Assembly (NCBI GenBank): GCA_907165135.1
Contig: OU015569.1
Coordinates: 4,464,001-4,528,000, forward strand
Length of the DNA: 64,000 bases
Direction of reading: 5' to 3'
Source: Oikopleura dioica
Taxonomy: Eukaryota > Animalia > Chordata
Within the stretch, counting starts at the first letter, position 1. Each line of letters begins with the position of its first letter. Positions 13,791 to 26,668 of the stretch are shown here, piece by piece. A program made the translations under genes and the position numbers. The notes beneath the pieces were generated by a model, which saw only the letters and a program-made list of their open reading frames with translations, had not been told where the DNA came from and did no database searches.

Positions 13791-14597
13791 TGGCTCACGG
13801 CGATGAACATTCTCTCTGAATGCGAAAGTCAATAATTGTTTCTCTTCTACAAGGTCGTAAACAGACAATTCGCTTATACCTCGTTGGGGGCACTGGCCCA
13901 GGTGGCGGTTCGTCTGATTTCGCAATGGTCAACTCTTGTGGAGCAGTATCCTATGTTCTCCGATTTGCATATCAATGTACACTCAGTCTTAATTTGATTG
14001 ACCTCAACGCTCAAGTTGATAGATCGGAAGCTGAATCGGACCAATTCGATTGGCCACGTATAATAAACATACGATTTACGACCAACGCTTACAAGTAGTA
14101 AAATAAGAACTATTCTCGAAAATATTTGAAATTCTTGAGTTAGCGATTTTAACTCTCTCTTGACTTTCGTGAGTCACGACTAAGACAGGAAACTATTGCT
14201 TCATTTACGTACCCGCTCATCGACTTAGACGTTTATTTCAGCGATCTTTCTGATCCGATCTGCGTCTCGATTCAAAATCAATGGATTTATGATTTTTATT
14301 GAGACAGGATAAAAAATCAATTGACGCCCGCATAAACTAAGACTCTGCTAAAAAACCCAAAAATTATCTCAAGGGCAGTATTCTCAAAAACCTGCTGTTT
14401 AGCTTTTATTCAAATTAAAAGAAATACTTATCAGAATTGACGAAAATGGGGAGCTTCGCAGTATAACGATTAAGCTACATGTATAGTTTCGAGGTTCATA
14501 ATGCAAACAGGAAATTGAATAAAACTGTGAAGTAGAAGAGAACAGACTATATATCAGTGAGAACGGAAATTTGTTACAACTTGCAGAGCTATCATGT

Positions 14598-16186
14598 TTA
14601 GTTGTAGGTCATGTAGCGACCTGTCGAACTGAACTTGGCATATGACTTGATAACCTTCTGCACAGCATCGAGGAAGTCTTTTTCCGTGGCAACCTGAAAT
14701 CACTGTAGAGAAAAATATTCAGAACGAATTCACCTTTCGTCTAGAACGAATTGCAAACATGCCAGCTTCTGTACAGACGGATCTAATTTCCGCACCAGTA
14801 GCGTTTGGACAAAGACGAGCAAGAAGCTCCCATCGAATGTCACGCTCACAGCTCATGCTTCGCGCATGAATTTTGAATATACTTGTTCGTCCCTCCATGT
14901 CAGGAACTGTGAACTCGATTTTTCGATCAAGACGACCGGGTCGCATCAGAGCGGGATCAAGCGTATCGGGACGGTTCGTAGCCATAAGGACTTTAATGTT
15001 TCCACGAGCGTCAAAGCCATCGAGCTAAAGGCATCGATAAGTTGGTACGAAACATCGCATTTATGAATGTACCTGATTAATAAGTTCCAACATAGTTCTC
15101 TGGACTTCGTTGTCTCCGCCGGATCCGTCGTCGAATCGTGCACCACCGACGGCGTCGATTTCGTCGAAAAAGATAATGCACGCCTTTTTCGTTCGTGCCA
15201 TTTCAAAAAGTTCTCGCACCATTCTTGCACCTTCGCCCACGTATTTCTGGACAAGTTCCGAGCCGATGACTCTGATGAAGCACGCGTCGGTTCTGTTGGC
15301 GACTGCTCTGGCGCACAGAGTCTTTCCGGTTCCTGGAGGACCATACATGAGCACACCCTTAGGGGGGTCGATTCCCAAGTTGACAAACTTCTCTGGGTTC
15401 AACAGAGGAATTTCGACAACTTCGCGCATCTTCTCGATGGCGTCCTTACAACCTCCAACGTCGGAATATGTCACATCGGGTTTCTCTTCGACCGTCATCA
15501 TAGTTACAGAAGGATCGATCTTTGGGGGAAGTGGGATGTTGATTTGATACTTTGTTCTGTCAACACCGACTCGCATGCCCTCTTCGATATCAGTAGGGGC
15601 CACCTTAAGATCCTTTAATAAAGAGTAAAGAATTCGACAATCACCTGTTGACCGAGATCAACGACGAACTTGGCGAACTGCTTTACATTAATGATGTATT
15701 TTGGCTCGGCAGAATCTGGCTCGATAATCTTCGTACATCGAGCAACTTGCAATGGCTGCTCGTTTTGACTCGCCTAGATTGTGCATGAGTCGAAAATAGA
15801 ACCCTGAAATACCTGTTTGTCTGCCGCCAAATCCCAGAGAGCTGGATGAGCAAGGCCAGTATCGGACTCTTTAATACCAGACAGGTCATTTACCCGTTTT
15901 ACTACGGCTTGTATATCGTCTTCTACCTTCTTGATTTGCTTGTGGTACGGACCCTGAAACAAATAATAAATTATACGTAACGCTATATATTTTTTCTAAA
16001 TAATCAGCTTCGTACCAAATTTTCTTATATCAAGGAATGTCTATCATATGAATTAATTACCTGTCCATATGTTTTAAGCAAATGGATATCCCCTGCATCG
16101 AGGGTCTGAATGTTGTCCTCTTTCTTCGCTTTATCATCTAGTCCGGTATTACGCTGGTCCTTGCCCAGATAGTCTTTAGGCGCCAT
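14598..16186 (-). CDS. PSMC2: 26S proteasome AAA-ATPase subunit Rpt1
   Basis: [22 protein letters not shown]; Walker A GPPGTGKT; Walker B IIFFDEID; [16 protein letters not shown]; C-terminal RYMTYN. Confidence 0.97.
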
Positions 16187-16443
16187 GTCTGTCTGAAGAA
16201 AAAACTAACTGAATCAAAATGGCGCGAATGAATGAATAAATATATAGAAATACAGAGTGGGGAAAAAGGTAAGTTGGCGGTAAGTTTACAGAATCTGCTG
16301 AGCAGTCAAGATCTACACAAAATTAGTTGAACGAATGAGAAGCGAAGGAAAGAAAGAAAGAGAAGTGATGAAGAATAGTACTTTTTTGTTTGCTTTCTGA
16401 GGTAAGGAACTTGCAGTGATGGTTAGTCTGATTGGGAGAGGCA

Positions 16444-19366
16444 CTAGAAATCATAGTCGTCTACAGTCTTATCATTCTCGTCAGACACACGCGATTTGCA
16501 AACGTCGGATAGACGCTGCTCCAGCTGTTTGTGTTTTGACTGGTCGCCGATGCTCAAGTCACCGTGAGATCTGAACTTCAGGTTAAACATGGAGTCTCAA
16601 TTAAATAGATCCTGCTCTAGAAATTCGAATACGAAATAATTGTACCTGTACGAAAGTGCAAGGGCTACCATATAATCATCAAACGAATATCTTGGTCCAG
16701 ATTCTTCTACAGAGGCGACAAGACCTTCCGGTCGTTGATAGAGTAACTCAAAGTACTGGCGCGCCTGGTCGAGCGCCGGCTCCCGGTTCATCGTGATATT
16801 CGTCAGTGCTTGCTGGATCGTGAAAATGTTGCGGCAAATCTTCTTGACACCTGATTCGCTTATTTTCGTCATTTTACGCGCGCCTTCCATCAGCAAAGTG
16901 CGAAGTTGCTGGCCGAGCCCCTCAAATACGAAACGGTACTTTTGAGGTTGAAGAGAGCCTTAATTTCTCATAATGCATTATGTTACGTTTCTTTTTAGCA
17001 CCTTGTAGAACATCTTCAATTTGCTTGAGCTCCGTTTCAAGTCGTTCGACTTCTACGTCCGTTTCTAGGGCGTCGCTGTTTCCAACATTGAATTTGGCGC
17101 CTTTGAAAAGCGGGGCTAAAAACAGAAAACATCGTACGCGCTGTTCAAGATGCAGGTACATCAAGCAGTTTTCAGAAAGTGACTGGAATCGGCCAAGAAT
17201 TTGGTTAAGTTGCATTAGTACGTCGCTATCTCGCCCACTATTAAAATATTATACCGCGAGTTTCAGTTGAAGTACTTACTGTGAGGTGAGTAATCCAAAT
17301 GTCTTTCGAAGTTTGTTAGTTAGCCATTCGAGACTTTCGTGAAGATTCGCTACTGCTTTAATGTCTGTGTGATCTTCGATGATAGTTTGACGTGATATTT
17401 CTTTATCTTTCAAAACCTAAAAAGGGTTGATTGTCGTTAAAATTGATCGTTTTATACTTCTGTGATCATTTCAGCCTCTTCTTTGAGCATAACCTGCGCG
17501 GCTTTATTTGAATCACTCTTCACAGAGATCCCAAAAGCTCTCCTCCAGCAAGGAGACCCTTGAATAAGCTTTCTTAACTCGGAGTTGTTTGTCAATTGAT
17601 TCGAGAGAATCTCTTGATCTTCGGGCGTCACCAAGTTTTGAAGCGGCTCATTTATGCTTTGGTAGAATTTCTGTAACACCGTACATATCATTATGAAGAA
17701 GGTTTCGGTGTATTCGTCGAGCTGGAGAAGGACATCGACGAGGTCCTCTACCTGACGGAAAACGACAAGAGCGGATTGAAGGATAGGCGACGGCGAGCTG
17801 GCAGACTTCTGATGTGCGCTGTCGGAGATAACTTTCAACGGATCTGTAACTTTCGTCGCAGCATCCAGCTCAGAACTAACATCGTGACCAAGTTGCTTGA
17901 TGAAGGTTTTCTCGATATGCTCAACAACGAACGTGTAAAGAGCAATGTGGCGCCCTGGCTCGATATTTATCTCTTTTTCGATTTCTGCGATAAAGGAACT
18001 AGAATTTACTTTTACTCCGCGACTCATTTTTAGATTTTTACCTCAATGAACGATATATTCCCGTAATATTCCTTGCACTAGTTTTGCAAACAGGCACTGC
18101 GGAGAAGTAAGTTTCAGAGGAATTGTCGTTCTCTTGCCTCTTCTCGCGCAAGTAGGTGTTCATCGAAATCGCATGTCCAGAAGCGTCGAAGCGGAATAAC
18201 TTGTGCTTGCGCTTGGAGCCAAGTTCAACACCGATCGTGCTCAGACGGTTGAAAGTTCCACTGATATCTTCTTCCAAATATTCGACCAAAAGAAATTTAA
18301 GGACAGTCTGTATTTTTAGCCACACGTCTATAGTTGTGTACGGTCGTTTAGCCTTTGGCGAAAGACTTTCGAGAAGAGTCTGATGCATTCTTGCCACTGA
18401 ACGGAACTGGGCGAAAATGTTTTCGAGAAGTTCGCTAAAAGTCGTTAAAATACAATTGTCAATGAAGTCCTACCTCAGTACCTTCGAGCTCTGCACTCCC
18501 TCTTCTTTGTGATACTCCTTGTCAGAAACATGCGTTGTTTCCCTGTTTATTATTCCAGACAATTCCGTGTCAATTCTGTTTCTTAGTTCCTCGGTAGCTG
18601 CATCTGTTTTGCCAAGACATTCGATCGCTTGAGCAAATTTTCTCATCTTTTCGAGACTCTCTGACATTTCCGTTTTGCTGTGTTGGCCGTAGATCAGTCG
18701 CTGAAGCTCGGTTATGAGCTTTTCGTAGACAATTTGATGTTTCGACTTAAAATTCTCATAAGATTGGTTCTAATCATTCAAGAAAACCTGTATTTCGGCA
18801 CGCAAGTCATGGAGAGCTCCTACCAGCGCCAAGTCATTGTTGCACCAGTTGAGTGCCTGGGTGATCTTTTCAACGCACTGTGTCCACTCGCCTTCGTACA
18901 TCAATTTATCGACCTCCATCGGTGCAGCTCTGATCTTTTCCACTTGCTCGAGCAGCGTCACTTCTTTTTTGTACTCGATGCCGTCAATCCATAATCCGCG
19001 GAGCTCATCCTGTCGACAGTGCAACAACTGCTTGCACTGCCCAAGCTTCTCTCGAACTTCAGTCATACGCGCGCGGCAGTTCGAAATTCCAGCATTGATG
19101 TCACTGAACCGGCGGATCGTTACTGAGATTTCTTCGTAATTCGCCTCAACCGCTTTGTCCAGCTTTCTGTCTACGTCGGCAAAGGCCTCTTCCAGTTTCT
19201 CTCGTTCCGCATCTCGATGTCTAATTTAATGCTCAGAAAACAAAGAAACCCGTTTATTTTCGCATTAGACTTTATTTACGAACCTAGAATCAGAATGGTC
19301 TTCAAGAGTCCGAATTACGGACATCAACAAACTGGACGGATCGCGAATAAATCCAGACTTCACCAT
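16444..19366 (-). CDS. EXOC4: Exocyst complex component 4 (Sec8)
   Basis: N-terminal DPSSLLMSVIRTL; CKQLLHCRQDELRGLWIDGIEY; CLMYLHLEQRVRCF; SESGVKKICRNIFTIQQALTNITMNREPALDQARQYFELL. Confidence 0.93.
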
Positions 19367-19480
19367 TCTAATTGAATAAAATGCGATGAACGGGAGATAG
19401 AATAAAAATAAGAAAATAAAGTAAGAAATAGAAAAATGAGATAGTTTGTAGAGCAGTGGTTGAGGAAGGATGATAATTAA

Positions 19481-22100
19481 TTAAGATGATGATGCATTGG
19501 AATCGTTTGAGTTGGAATTATTTGAGTTTGTTCGGTTTGGAAGGTTTTCTTTCTTTTCGATGTTTTTGATACGATCCTCCAGTTCGCTCATGAAGGACGT
19601 TGAAGACTTGAGCTTCTCGCGCAAGGAGTTTTTCTCCCTTTCCAATCGTACATTACGATCTATTTCATGTTTGTTTAATTAGTAGCAAGATAAAACTACC
19701 TGTGAGAGATTGAAATCCCTGTTGAATATTTCCGGCGAGTAGTTTTGTCGAATACAATTGAATGGCGTCGGTTTGAGTGAGGACTCTGTGCAGCCCACTT
19801 CTCAGCTGATTTGACAGCCTGCAATCTAGCGGATACGCATAAGGATCATCCTTCTTCTTCGAATGCGACGAAAGTCGATTCATCGCTAAAACAGCAATAG
19901 CGGCCTTTCGGAAGCGCAGAATCGCACCAGCTTTTGACCATTTTTCAGTCTTTGAAAGTTTTCTGAAATATTGGAATAGACAACTATTTATAAGACGAAT
20001 TACTTTTTGTTGATCTCTCGGACCGTTGTCCTCAAAAACTTCTTCATCTTCTCAAAATGATCTAGCTGCTGAACAAGCAAGTCTCGCTGTTCAACCAACT
20101 GCTGCTGCTGGAGGTTGATCTTGTTCAACTGTTCAAGCTGCATCGTAGCTTCGTATTTTGCCATTTCGTCGAGCTGTGAGTTCGACATTTTCAACTGTTT
20201 CTCCGCCTTCTCGCACTTGCGAACAGCTTTGATCAGATTTGCCTCAGCCGTTTTTGCGCGCTTTTGCCACTCTGCACGCAAGGTGTCTAGTTCAGCCAGC
20301 ATTCCTTCGTATTCTAAGAATTCCTTTACTTTTCAGACTTTCGTAATTAATTTTTTACCATTTTTCTGTCTGGCAATCTCGACCCTGAACTCTTCATCCT
20401 TTTCGGCCATGATTATTTCGTGTTTTCGCGTCAATTGACTCGAACTCGTCACATTCTTTGCTTGTTCCGCCGTCAGGTGAGATAGAGCCTGTTCAGTTTT
20501 TCGGTTCTGTTTTGACAGAGTTTCAAGCTTTCGTTGACTGAGCTCGAGCTTTTCTTCGAGTGCGCGTTTTATGTCCTCGTAGTTGGCAACTTGTTCCTTG
20601 AGGCTTTCACTTTCGTTTTCTTTTTGGATCAAGTTTCCGTTCTGTTGCTGCACTTGCGACTGTAACTTCGCTTTCTCTCCTTCAGTGGTCTTGTACTTGC
20701 GTTCGATCTCGCCTGCATGATTCTTGAGTGATATCAGCGACAGTTCTTGCTTCGTGTTCAGTTCCATCAAGTCTTCAATCTTCTTGAACTGATCAGTCAA
20801 CTGGGCATCCTTTCGTTGGTTCAGTTTCAAGATTTCTTGCAACTCAGACTCGCTGTTTTTGATCGTTTCTTCGTGATCTCTGATCGTCTTTTCAAACTAA
20901 CAAAGGGTTAAAATTTCATTCATTGATTCCATGAATACCTTCGATCGTTGATCTTCAATTCGTTTTCTCCAAGCTTCCTCTTCTTTCTGAATGTTGATCA
21001 GGTCTTCATGTTTGGCACGCTTGAGTGACTCAACATCTGATGCGAGTTTTTCGACTTGTCTTTCAGATGATTCAACTTGTCGGTTGAGCTCTTGTTTCGT
21101 TCTCTGCTCGTCTTGCAGCGCATTTTCGAGATGAGCCAACTCCCTATCTTTGTCCGCGCATGCTTTCGACAAATTATCTCTGTGAAAAAAGATTTAATGA
21201 CTCTTTCAAGAAGCAAAATTATCACCGTTTGAGATTCACTTGTTCGACTTCTTCGGAGAGGTCTCGAATTGTTAGCCCATTAGACTTGATTTTCCCTTCT
21301 AAGCTGGTTATTTCTGCTAATCTCTCGGCAGCTAAGCACTCGGACTTTTTAAGCCGCTCAGACAGAACTTCTAGTTCGCGAAGAAGACCCTTCTGTTGTT
21401 CGATTTCTGTAAGAGCAAGGTCAAGCTTTTCACATGTCGCACTAAAAAAGGGATGTCATGCTAAAGTTTCAAGAAACAAGAGCTACCTCAGCTCCATTTT
21501 CGTGCTGGTTAGACTCTCCGTAACTTCGTTTCTCGACATGTTTGCATGCTCGAGCTCAACGCAAAGGGTGCGATTGTGATTTTGCTTTCGAGCGCTTTGC
21601 TCCTCCACCTGCGCCAGTCGAGTCCCTAGCGTTTCCTTTTCCGACGTCAGGGCTGCGTTTTGGCTTCTCAAGCCTTCAACTTCTATTCTAGAGAGTTTCA
21701 GGCGATTTTCGAGGTCTTCTTTCTGACGCGAGCTTTCGTCGGCGCGGGATTCCGTTTGTTGAAGGCGACGTTTTTCAACTTCCACGGCTTCATTTGACTC
21801 CCTCAGTTTCTTTGACAGTTGTTGATGCTCTTTCTAAATGAAACTATTCTATATATTTTTACATAATCAGAGAAATACCTTCATTTGCGACACAATATCC
21901 TCGCCACCGTCGAGCTTCGACTGTAAGTGCTTGATTTTCTTTGACAGAGAGCCATTCGCCTGCGTTAAAGTGAGCTTTTCGTCCTTGAGTCTTTTGATCT
22001 CACGATTTAAATTGGTGTGAATCTCGCAAAACTGCGCATTCTCCGCCGCTAATTTACGCGTCTCGTCAATGAGCCTCCCGAGATCAACTCCGTCATCCAT
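19481..22100 (-). CDS. Long coiled-coil protein, possibly CCDC171-like
   Basis: Heptad-rich exons across 20000-22100; near-C-terminal RFRKAAIAVLAMNRL helix resembling CCDC171 or a PACT-type motif. Confidence 0.7.
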
Positions 22101-22203
22101 TCTAAAACGGAGCAAAAAACTTATAGAGGAAGTTATTTGAAATGATATTGAAACGAAATTGAATAGGTCTTGAGGTGATTTTAAATCGATTTCATATTTT
22201 TTC

Positions 22204-23118
22204 TTATAAATTCGGCTTCGTTAAGGGAATTTTTAGATCGTTGAACAGCTTCTCGTTCCACAGAGCGTATTTCATCGTGTTACTGCCGATCAGTTAATAA
22301 TCATTTTAAGTTATGAAAAAAGAAATTCGTTTATTTGTAGGCTACAAATAAACGAACTCATTTATCGAAAAAATGTCAACATTTATGAAAAAAGAAATTG
22401 ATTTGTAACTGTAGCTGAGTCGATTTGAAGTGTCATGTTGCTCGTTTGCATGAATCGAGTGGTTGACTTGCGTCCAGACCTGGAGCATTATAAAAAGAAG
22501 ACGAGACCTTCCACCTACCTTGAGCCTAAAACCCTGCTTCAGCAAATCACCAAATGGTGATTCCTCTGGCTTTTCATAAGCTAGCAGTCCCATGGCTCGT
22601 TCCAAGTCTGGGAGACACTCTGGATGATCCCCCTTTTCGACAATATCTTCCTGCGCGAACTTGATTGCTTCGGTGAAGTCCTTGGCACGAATGAGCTCGA
22701 CAAGGTGCAGGGTTTGAAGGTAAAAGTGGAGAAGATGATCGTCGTCCAGCATTTCTGGGAAGTTTTGATTGATCAGCGATTCAGCCTTTTTTATGTCGCC
22801 GCTGAGAATTGCTTCGCGGATCTAGTCTGAAATTCGTAAATGGAAATAATCAACCACAATTAAAAAAATCGACTCGTTCAATTTACAGTTACTTACAGAG
22901 CGTTGTATCTTTTGTAAGTCGGAAGGTTCCCCGTCTTCTATCTCATTGAGAAAGCCGATTTCTTTCGCCTCTTCGTCCATGATCTGGGACACATCGTGAA
23001 AGCCCTCACTTGTCAGGTATCCTTTAATAAGTTGATGCATCAGCTTGTGGTCAACATGCGTTTTGTTCAAAAAGTCTTCCCACGTCTTTTCACGGCCGTA
23101 CATAGGCTCCGGTTCCAT
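22204..23118 (-). CDS. GID8: GID/CTLH E3 ligase subunit GID8 (TWA1): LisH-CTLH-CRA
   Basis: LisH KLMHQLIKGYLTSEGF; CTLH/CRA LLHFYLQTLHLVELIR...EAIKFAQE...LERAMGLLAYEKPEESPFGDLL. Confidence 0.88.
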
Positions 23119-23260
23119 TTCCGTCTGAATTGATAATATTTTTAAGTTTCGTTTTAAAGAAAGAAAAAACCGATTTATAGTAAAAAAATAAAACGACCAA
23201 GCGGTTGGAAGATTGAATGATAAAGTGAGGCAGGAGAGTTAATCATGGCGATGTGAATTT

Positions 23261-23880
23261 CTAGGTTTCAATGCCGTACTTCTTGAAATTTCGCAGAACG
23301 GTGTACAGCTTTACTTTCACGTAGCCCATGGCTTCTGCAGCTAGTTGTTGTCTGAAATGTGTCAGTTGAAGTTTTTTGATAGGATTCATGCCTTTGTTGC
23401 GTTGCGCTGCTGATAATGTTCTCTGGCTCTGCCAGTTCCGGGGAGCTATCCAACAAGTAAGATTTGAGTCGTCCACGGATGGACTGATCGGCAGGACGCC
23501 ATGTTCCAATTTCGATTTCTTCGTAGCCAGCCGTTATTGGCAAAATACTAGAGCCATAACCGTAGAGCACGCGTCGCCCATTGCTGTCGACAAGGTACAC
23601 TTGGATCATAATCTGTGGCCAGCCCTGAATACCTCGCGCGCCAAAGTGCAGATCAACAAAGTGATTGAAATTCGCCTCGTCTTCGTCCTGAGGCCAGTCA
23701 GTTTGAGTTTGCCCTTCCTTGTTTCTGAAGACACACATTGCTATCATAGTATTACGCTTATCATTACCCAGAAATCAGTTTCCACGCAGCTCCGTATTTA
23801 ATCTTGTATCGGACGCAGAGCTTATTCTCCGGAAATCCGTATCCAGTGGCGATCTCTCCCAAATAGTGAATCTCCGCCAT
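23261..23880 (-). CDS. B9D2: B9 domain-containing protein 2 (ciliary transition zone)
   Basis: MAEIHYLGEI...WKLISG/NKEGQTQTD; HFVDLHFGARGIQGWPQI; C-terminal VLRNFKKYGIET; one GC-AG intron. Confidence 0.93.
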
Positions 23881-24045
23881 TTCAATTTCAAATTTCGTCT
23901 ACGAAACAGCAATCAATCAAGAGAAAAGTAAAAAGATATATGTTTATATTCCAAAGTAGTACAAAAATAAAAGATGTGTGGTTAGAAGCAATTGACACAG
24001 AATAATGAATGAAAAGATAGAGAGCATCAGGCGGTGGTTGAACGA

Positions 24046-25538
24046 TTATTTCGGGAAGACAGGATCATTCTGGGCGATTCGGTTGAACACTTCTTCTTCG
24101 GTTGTGAATATGATCGGCTCTAGGGCGGGCGTGCTTTTGTCTCCTTGTCCGCACACGATTTCGTTGGAGAATATAACCTAAAAATGCGCGCTAGAAAGAG
24201 AATTATACAGTTGTCTTACTTTTTGATCAAGTCTCAGCTCCAAATGTTTGACTCCTCTTCGCGCATGAACCCGATTTCTGTTGTAATTCCAGACTCGAAT
24301 CATGGCGATGCTTTGGACTCGTTTGAATTCTAGCGTCACTCTCGGCTTTCTAGTTTTGGGAAGCTCGGCCAGCCATGTGTGCAGGTCATCTGAAGTGTTG
24401 TAATTTCCGTTGATGATGTTTTGCAATTTGGAGCGGGGATCGAGCACGCTTTCTCTGAAATCGTGGGAAGTGATTGAGCTCACTTTGACAATCTCGCCCT
24501 GAGTATTCCAGACTTCGAGGCCATTTAGCCCGGCGTAGTTTTGATCGCCCCAAGTCGAGTGAATGATCAGGTCGAGGATTTGGCCACTAGGTGTCACTGG
24601 AATGAAATCGCTGTACAACTCTTCTCTCTCTTCTTAAATCAAGGTAAAGAGCAAATAAAGGCGGTTTCTTACCTTCTATAGTTGGGTTGTTTTCTGAAAA
24701 ACTTTCGGAAAAGATGAGCGACGATCGACCTTTGTTCTTCCTTTCAAAGTTGTCGATCAGATTCCAGCTTTCTTGGAGAATGTTTCGTCGCTGTTCTTTC
24801 GCGCGGAGGGCGTCACCAGTAGAAACACTGCCTCCGAGTTCTGGGCTCGGACTGGAAGCGGTTGACGCTGTTTCTAACGAGGACTTGCTCCCATCTGAGA
24901 ACTCTTGCGAAGCAACTTTCAAAGTGGCAAAGGGAATGCTGCTGTCGAGCGTCCATCCCCGTCGTCCTGAGCGAGATGTGCACGCAGATAGCTACCAAAA
25001 GAGTGTTAAAAATTTGAATAAAGATATCACATGCGATTCGTCTTACCTGAGGAACAACCAACTCCCTAGATGAGGACGGGGTATGTACGCGTTCCTCGAC
25101 TGACTCGATTGAACTGCTCTTTTGCATTTCCGGGGTGGAACTCGACGAAGCTTCAAACTTGCCAGTGTGCTCGTCATCGTCAAAGGTCTCCGAGTACATG
25201 ATTCCTTCTTCCTCTTCGCTGTCATCGTCTTTGTCGAAGAAGGGTCCCTTGTCTTGCACCATGCTCTCCGCCCAAGACTTTCGAGTTGCGCGACTTGTTC
25301 CAAGCGCGGTCATCGGCTTCTTCGGTTCAGGAGATTTGGACGACGAAGCTGTGCTCACTCGGGATTGCGTTCTTGGCCCTGTTGCCGACTTCGCCCTCGT
25401 GTTGGCGCCGTTGACATAGGCAGAGAAACCGCGCTCGCGATCAATCTTCCGTTGCTGCTCGATGCTCTTTTCCTCGGCCTCGCGTCTCAGTCGATTCCGC
25501 TGCGCCAGAGCCGCCAAATAGACATCATGCCTTTTCAT
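24046..25538 (-). CDS. KATNIP: Katanin-interacting protein (KIAA0556)-like, shortened
   Basis: N-terminal HDVYLAALAQRNRLRR...ERGFSAYVNGAN; repeat domain IHSTWGDQNYAGLNGLEV...NIINGNYNTSDDLHTWLA...IRVWNYNRNRVHARRGVK. Confidence 0.85.
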
Positions 25539-25757
25539 TGAGAAGAATCCTTACTGATAGAGCTTTGAAAAGCATTTTTTTAAATTTCTTTTTGATAAAT
25601 GAAACAAAAAATCGATCAATAAAGAGAGAATTTTTAAATGCATTAATAAACATTGAATAAATTTACCTGACAGTTTTTATAAAGCCCAATTCCTTTTAAA
25701 TTTCTCACTCAGACAAAAGGCATAATCTCAAGGAAAAAAGTAAAAAAAATCAATTTT

Positions 25758-25803
25758 GCGCCGCGCTCTCCGCGACGATGACTCATATTAGCGCGCGACG
25801 GCG
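25758..25803. promoter_or_regulatory. Candidate bidirectional promoter core (CGCG-rich, TGACTCA)
   Basis: GC/CpG patch in an AT-rich divergent intergenic region; GATGACTCAT at 25777..25786. Confidence 0.45.
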
Positions 25804-26071
25804 GTGTGGATTTTTTCAAATTTTTACTAACTTCAGAATGAAATACAATGTCTTTTTCTATTACGGCTGTTTATGATTAATAGAAATGGTCTCCTCTTGG
25901 TTCGGTCTTGTACTTCTTTGCGGAAATACTAAGTTTGATTGCGTTGATAAACACCTGTCTTGTGAGATACCGTCTGATTCCCGCTGATTACTCTTCGCGT
26001 GTGTCGCCCTCCACTGGAAGCTAAAACGGATATAATCGGGCATCGATTCCGGAGAAATCATAACACAAAAA

Positions 26072-26668
26072 ATGCTAGACATTTACCTCAAATTCACTCG
26101 AGTGCTCGGTAATCCCGGCTTTCAACTGAGAATGTGGGAACATAAACGTGAGTTTTTCATCTCTCTCTCGTGCGGTTGCACCTTTGAAAAGAAGCTCGCT
26201 GGAGAGGACCATACCGAATGCTTATTTTGGCTGACATACATCTACGGTGGAGAATTCATCGATTCTGAAGACTCTTATTGGATAGATCTCGACTTGGACG
26301 ACACTCCTCACGTCTTCTGCGAGAAGGATGAACATCAGCTCACTCGCATTGATGAGCTTGTCAAGCTGAGAAGGAATGTTATGTTGGAACGACCAAACGA
26401 CACTGCGTATGAGATTGGAGACGATGCCACTACGAAGGTGATGTACAAGCTTTTCTTCAGCGGCCCCGGTGTCACCATTGGCGGCGCTTTCATTCAAGTT
26501 CTTCTCGCTCCGATCAACGAAGATGTCGTCACATTTGACTTGGAAAAAGCGGAAGCAATGAGAGAAAGTCAACGATCATCAAACGAGTTGTTAAAGAGGA
26601 TTAACGAAGACCAAGACAGAGATGACTCCAATCAGACCCTCGAAGAATCTTCTTCTAACAACGAATAA
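26072..26668 (+). CDS. Hypothetical 198-aa protein with acidic tail
   Basis: Uninterrupted 597-nt ORF with coding-like composition; no family recognised. Confidence 0.65.
   Translation: MLDIYLKFTRVLGNPGFQLRMWEHKREFFISLSCGCTFEKKLAGEDHTECLFWLTYIYGGEFIDSEDSYWIDLDLDDTPHVFCEKDEHQLTRIDELVKLRRNVMLERPNDTAYEIGDDATTKVMYKLFFSGPGVTIGGAFIQVLLAPINEDVVTFDLEKAEAMRESQRSSNELLKRINEDQDRDDSNQTLEESSSNNE

Noticed and set aside
15067-15618. Long plus-strand ORFs opposite PSMC2 (and similar ones opposite the KATNIP, peroxidase and TGF-beta genes)
   Set aside because: Antisense shadows of conserved coding exons with no independent motifs.
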